The translations under genes and the position numbers were made by a program. The notes under the pieces were generated by a model that saw only the letters and a list, made by a program, of their open reading frames with translations, was not told the origin of the DNA and did no database searches. From positions 1 to 57,701 of the IMG/VR virus record IMGVR_UViG_3300005805_000102: 57,701 nucleotides of DNA; one strand, written 5' to 3'. How positions within the stretch are numbered: position 1 is the first letter of the stretch; each line of letters begins with the position of its first letter. The stretch comes from a virus (Duplodnaviria > Caudoviricetes). Shown here piece by piece: positions 53,278 through 57,701 of this stretch.

Positions 53278-55890
53278 ATGTCTTACATAGGAAACGCAAA
53301 AACACCTCTTTTGTTGGCATCAAATGTCAGAGACGATCTAATACCAAATGGTGTAAAGCGAGAGTTTGAACTGTCGCAAGAAGTACCTGGAGGCTACGAA
53401 GAAAATGTAATTGTCGTCCGACGGCGCTTCTTAGAAGACACTCTAATCGAAAGTACCAACTTAGTGCAAATAGAAAAGTCTAACGAAGTTCTCCAAGATT
53501 CGACGATCACTATCGCAGATAATTATCTTGCTGCGGCATTTTCTGTTATTACACCCGAATCTCAGAATGGTGCAAGAGATGGCGACTATCTAAAGATTGT
53601 TTATGACGCCACTCAATTCTCATTCAACAAGGTAAAATCTGTTTCGTATAACAGAGATTCCATCACAATATTACTTGAAACAAGCTCAACAGGAACGGCA
53701 CCCCTACAGAGCATGTCAAATACTACCATACCTAAAATTTCTAGGCAATACCACGGCGCTTGGGAAATACTAAACGCATCGACACAATTTGAGATCAAAA
53801 CAAAGGATGATGGAACTTACAAAAATCAGATCATCAGAATAGTAGACTCAGTACCTTCTATAAACGACGAAATATATGTTCTGCATAGAGGAGAAGCAAC
53901 GTACAACTTTGTGCCTTCACCTTCTTCTGTTGGTGCAGATCAGCTCGCCCCAAACTTAAGAAATTGTAAAATAGACATCGCTTCGTATACTTCTACAGGT
54001 AGCAAAGTTCTTGTGCTATCTCAAGATGTACCCTTTGCCAGCACACTTATTGTTACGGTGAATGGTATTGTGCAGGTAAGCACAAACGAAAACAAAGAGA
54101 GAAATCCCAACTTAACTGAAGAAGAAAATTTAGGTACTTGGACTCTCTCAAAAGACACTGATGGAAAGTCTATCATCACTCTAAAGCAAGAACTGTTTTC
54201 TAGTGCGTCTGTAGGAGCACCAGTAGTTGTCAGAGTGTTGCATCTATCATTCAGCACAACAATAAGAAGATATGATTTCTCTCCAGGTCAAGAGCCAACA
54301 TACATACCAGACGGAACTATCATTTCAGACAAGCTGGCTTCTGATTCTGTTGAGACTAGACACATACAGAATGACAAAGTTACAAGTTCAAAAATACTTC
54401 TAACAAACGACCAAGCACTACGCTCAGTAAAAAGCAACGGAACAGACAAACTGGATCTACTCAAGCTAGATAGTTTAAACAGAACTGTTTTGTTTGGAGA
54501 AGATGCTGTAGACATCAACTTTGGTGCAGCGCCCAGTAGAGCTTTAAGCATACAACCGACATCTATTCTTCCAGAAATAGATGCGAACATATCTTTGGGT
54601 TCTCTAGAAAAAAAGTTCTCAAGTGTTCACACAAACACAGCCACAGTATACGGTGCTGCCACCATCAAAGGTAACCTCACTACTGAAGGTAATATACAAA
54701 GCACAAACATCTCAGCAATAGAAAGCAAGCTACAGGCTTTCGAACAAAAATTAAATTCTATTAAGAGCAATTCAGTTCCCGTAGGAACAATTTTGATTTG
54801 GACAAAATCAACCGTTCCAAATGCAGCAGAGTTTGGTGGTGAGTGGCTACCTTGTGAAGGGCAATCATTATCGACTACAGACTATGCGACTCTACATAGC
54901 GTATTGGGATATGCTTTCGGTGGCTCAGGAGCAAATTTCAATCTTCCGGATTTGAGATCTAGAGTTCCTTTCGGTAGTTCATCATCATATGCTTTGGGAA
55001 CAACAGAAAATGTGTCTAATGTTTCTTCTAGAAGCCTATCACACACTCACACAGGTAATCAGCATAAACACACTATAACTCACACTCACACAGTACCCGC
55101 ACACAAGCACCCGCTAGATCAAGCTGAAATTAAAATGCTTGAAACATCTGGAACACATACTCACGATGCCAAGCATGGCCATGGTAGTGCAGCCACAAAA
55201 TTTTCTACTGACCTAACATCGCTTGACCATCGACATGACATACAGCATGGGCATAAGGAAACATCGACTAAATCAGTGGATAATAAACACACACACAGTT
55301 TTACAACAGGATCTGCATCTAGAGAACACACACATAGTCTTAAAATTAAATTGTGGACATCGATCACCAATAATGGAGCGTATACTCCCAGCGGGACGGC
55401 CAGTTTACCAACACAGGTGTTGCAATTCGATGATGGTGGCAAAAACAGTTCTATAGTAATCGATGCCGGAAAAAGTCACACGCATAGCGGAAATACTAGC
55501 GACACGACCGGTGCAGCACATTCACATCCATTTTCTGTGCCAAAGAATATTGCTGGTCTTCCAAGTGTGACCACTGGAGAAGTAGATTATGAAACATATT
55601 CTGGAACTCCCGTATCTGCGACACCCCAAAAAACACCCACAACTCTATCACACTCACACACGTTTAGTATTCCTGAACTAGATCTACAGATAGGTGGAGG
55701 TGCACACAACCATGAGATCGACACAACAGGATACATAGGCCCTCAATCGTCGGTATCTGGAAACTCAGACTTCAATACAACAGCACAATCAACATCAGAT
55801 TCTGGGTTAGGAGGAAACGACACACAAACTGGACCAGCATCCATACCCCACATTACATTAAACTTCATCATCAAGGTAAAGGCAACTTAG
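53278..55890 (+). CDS. Tail fibre with a collar domain and a His-rich needle
   Basis: MSYIG start; collar PVGTILIW..WLPCEGQ..Y..L..VLG..FG..FNLPDLRSRVPFG; 14 HxH motifs; C-terminal PHITLNFIIK. Confidence 0.85.
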   Translation: MSYIGNAKTPLLLASNVRDDLIPNGVKREFELSQEVPGGYEENVIVVRRRFLEDTLIESTNLVQIEKSNEVLQDSTITIADNYLAAAFSVITPESQNGARDGDYLKIVYDATQFSFNKVKSVSYNRDSITILLETSSTGTAPLQSMSNTTIPKISRQYHGAWEILNASTQFEIKTKDDGTYKNQIIRIVDSVPSINDEIYVLHRGEATYNFVPSPSSVGADQLAPNLRNCKIDIASYTSTGSKVLVLSQDVPFASTLIVTVNGIVQVSTNENKERNPNLTEEENLGTWTLSKDTDGKSIITLKQELFSSASVGAPVVVRVLHLSFSTTIRRYDFSPGQEPTYIPDGTIISDKLASDSVETRHIQNDKVTSSKILLTNDQALRSVKSNGTDKLDLLKLDSLNRTVLFGEDAVDINFGAAPSRALSIQPTSILPEIDANISLGSLEKKFSSVHTNTATVYGAATIKGNLTTEGNIQSTNISAIESKLQAFEQKLNSIKSNSVPVGTILIWTKSTVPNAAEFGGEWLPCEGQSLSTTDYATLHSVLGYAFGGSGANFNLPDLRSRVPFGSSSSYALGTTENVSNVSSRSLSHTHTGNQHKHTITHTHTVPAHKHPLDQAEIKMLETSGTHTHDAKHGHGSAATKFSTDLTSLDHRHDIQHGHKETSTKSVDNKHTHSFTTGSASREHTHSLKIKLWTSITNNGAYTPSGTASLPTQVLQFDDGGKNSSIVIDAGKSHTHSGNTSDTTGAAHSHPFSVPKNIAGLPSVTTGEVDYETYSGTPVSATPQKTPTTLSHSHTFSIPELDLQIGGGAHNHEIDTTGYIGPQSSVSGNSDFNTTAQSTSDSGLGGNDTQTGPASIPHITLNFIIKVKAT

Positions 55891-55891
55891 T

Positions 55892-57701
55892 ATGAGCGGA
55901 TACATAGGACAAAACTTACCTTACGGCACGTTCAGCAAGCAATCTTTCTCGATTGTACGTTACAATACAAATGGTAATGGGGACTATCAGAGAACTTATG
56001 GACCTCTTGTCCAGAGAGTTTCAAATGAGTCTTCAATTTTGGTGATGTGTGATAGACTCTTGCTAGAGCCAGTAACAGACTATACAATCGTTAATAATGC
56101 AGTGGGCGGAAACCTAACTCAAAGCATCAGGTTTAACGATTTACTTGATTTTGCATCTCTAGACAGTGGCGCTGCGGGAATCAAGATTCAAATATTATAT
56201 CTAGGAAAAGAGCTACTGACATCTTCAGTGCCATCTATTGGAAATGTGCAAGACGTTCAGCTTAATAATCCACAAGATGGTCAACTGATAACATATGATG
56301 CAACACAACAAAAGTGGATCAATGCTAATTCTAATTTTGTGAGTGAAGCTCTTGCGGCTGCCGTTGAAGCTCGTATAGACAATATGGAAAATTATGTGAA
56401 CGGTAAAATTTCTGACCTTGTTGCTGGCGCACCGGCAACTCTTGATACTCTCAACGAACTTGCGGAGGCGCTGGGTGAGGATGAAAATTTCGCAACAACG
56501 ATTTCAACAAACATAGGTGTTATTCAAAACAATCTAGATCAAGAAATTGCCGCGCGATTCTTGGCAGTTTCCTCAGAAGAGTCTGCAAGGGCGGCTGCTG
56601 ATGCGGCGATTGAAGTCAACTTGGATAATGAAATAGCTCGTGCGGAAGCTGCTGAAGCTGCCTTAGATTTAAGAGTGACTGATATAGAAGCATCAAATCT
56701 GCCAGAAATTCTAACAAGACTGGATGTTGCCGAGAGTAACACCGACCAAAACACATTTGATATAAGTGAACTTAATACATCTCTTGCTTCATATTTGAAG
56801 ATCGACGGCACAACAACAATGACTGGAAGCCTCAATCTTGATAACAATTCAATATTGATAGGGCAGACTGATACCAGCCAGGCGGGAGAGGGAATAAAGA
56901 TAACACCAACAGAATTTCGTCTTCATTATAAAAATGAGATAGATCCACAAAGACGCCGCGAAGTGTATCTTGACCCTGAATATATCAGATTGAATCTATA
57001 TGATGGCGACGAAAATGTTTTATCTGAAATATCATTTAGCCATTCACAAGGTCCAACATGGACTGGCACACCTACGCAACCAAATCATTTTACAACAAAA
57101 CAATATGTTGATGGACAAGTAGGAACTAAAGTCAGCACATCATCTCTCTCGCCTGTTGCCTTATCTGGTTCTTACAATGACTTGAATGATAAGCCAAATA
57201 TAAGTGTTCATATACAAAATAACATTGTTCTTGATGATATAAGTAACGTATCTGCTGGAGCACCGCAAGAAGGTAGTGTACTGACATTCTATCCTCAAGC
57301 CGGTGTAAATGGAGAGTGGCATGCACACTTACTATCTTATGATGGCTTATTGAATAAGCCATCTCTCGCCAACGTTGCTTTATCTGGCTCTTACAATGAT
57401 CTTGCTGATAAACCAAACTTATCATCATCACTTGACGAACTATCAGATGTTTCAATAAACAATCCAGAGCCAACAAACATTCTTGCATATACAATTTCGA
57501 ATGAAGGACCTCACTGGACAAACAAAACGGCAGAGGCTCTGGTATCAAATGTTGTTTCTGCTGTTGCTTTATCTGGCTCTTACAATGATCTTGCTGATAA
57601 ACCAAACTTAGACTCATATCTAAAACTTGATGCAGAAACGAATACCTATACACTGCTCGGTTTGCTTAAAGTTGGTGGGGGCACTAATCAGGGCATAATA
57701 T
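55892..57701 (+). CDS. Tail fibre protein, partial (runs off the window's right edge; not in the ORF track)
   Basis: Manual translation: MSGYIGQNLPYGTFSKQ.., DV..NPQDGQLITYD..KWIN, LVAGAPATLDTLNELAEALGED, VALSGSYNDL.DKP repeats. Confidence 0.8.
   Translation, partial: MSGYIGQNLPYGTFSKQSFSIVRYNTNGNGDYQRTYGPLVQRVSNESSILVMCDRLLLEPVTDYTIVNNAVGGNLTQSIRFNDLLDFASLDSGAAGIKIQILYLGKELLTSSVPSIGNVQDVQLNNPQDGQLITYDATQQKWINANSNFVSEALAAAVEARIDNMENYVNGKISDLVAGAPATLDTLNELAEALGEDENFATTISTNIGVIQNNLDQEIAARFLAVSSEESARAAADAAIEVNLDNEIARAEAAEAALDLRVTDIEASNLPEILTRLDVAESNTDQNTFDISELNTSLASYLKIDGTTTMTGSLNLDNNSILIGQTDTSQAGEGIKITPTEFRLHYKNEIDPQRRREVYLDPEYIRLNLYDGDENVLSEISFSHSQGPTWTGTPTQPNHFTTKQYVDGQVGTKVSTSSLSPVALSGSYNDLNDKPNISVHIQNNIVLDDISNVSAGAPQEGSVLTFYPQAGVNGEWHAHLLSYDGLLNKPSLANVALSGSYNDLADKPNLSSSLDELSDVSINNPEPTNILAYTISNEGPHWTNKTAEALVSNVVSAVALSGSYNDLADKPNLDSYLKLDAETNTYTLLGLLKVGGGTNQGII
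57155..57610 (+). repeat. Intragenic fibre repeat VALSGSYNDLxDKPN (three copies)
   Basis: 57374-57421 and 57563-57610 are identical 48-mers; 57155-~57198 is a diverged copy. Confidence 0.9.

Overview
This is a 57.7-kb segment of a large T4-like myovirus, almost all coded on the + strand. The gene layout resembles environmental or cyanophage-type T4-like phages, and no host chromosomal genes are evident. The left end (1-3292) carries head completion gp4 (minus strand, partial), gp48, gp53 and a probable baseplate hub. The right end (35084-57701) carries gp5, a DUF5658-like membrane protein, gp25, gp6, gp7-like, gp8, a 2736-aa DUF4815/VrlC-like protein, small virion proteins and two tail fibres. 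A ~32-kb accessory region lies between them, with five tRNAs, two PLP aminotransferases (lysine 6-aminotransferase and a class I/II enzyme), secreted M12 and S8 proteases, and HTH, AT-hook and histone-like proteins. Three patterns stand out. (1) Six small genes share an identical 14-aa leader, MDINLFRKSLASKQ, followed by an (I/L)-X-E prohead-protease-type site and six unrelated payloads; this looks like a modular capsid-loading/injected-effector cassette system. (2) About 15-16 highly diverged paralogs of one small alpha/beta domain are scattered over 5-17.7 kb. (3) An island of small early-type genes is driven by repeated sigma70 promoter cassettes carrying a TGTGGAA/TTCCA operator-like motif. 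All calls come from motif recognition by eye; no database searches were run.
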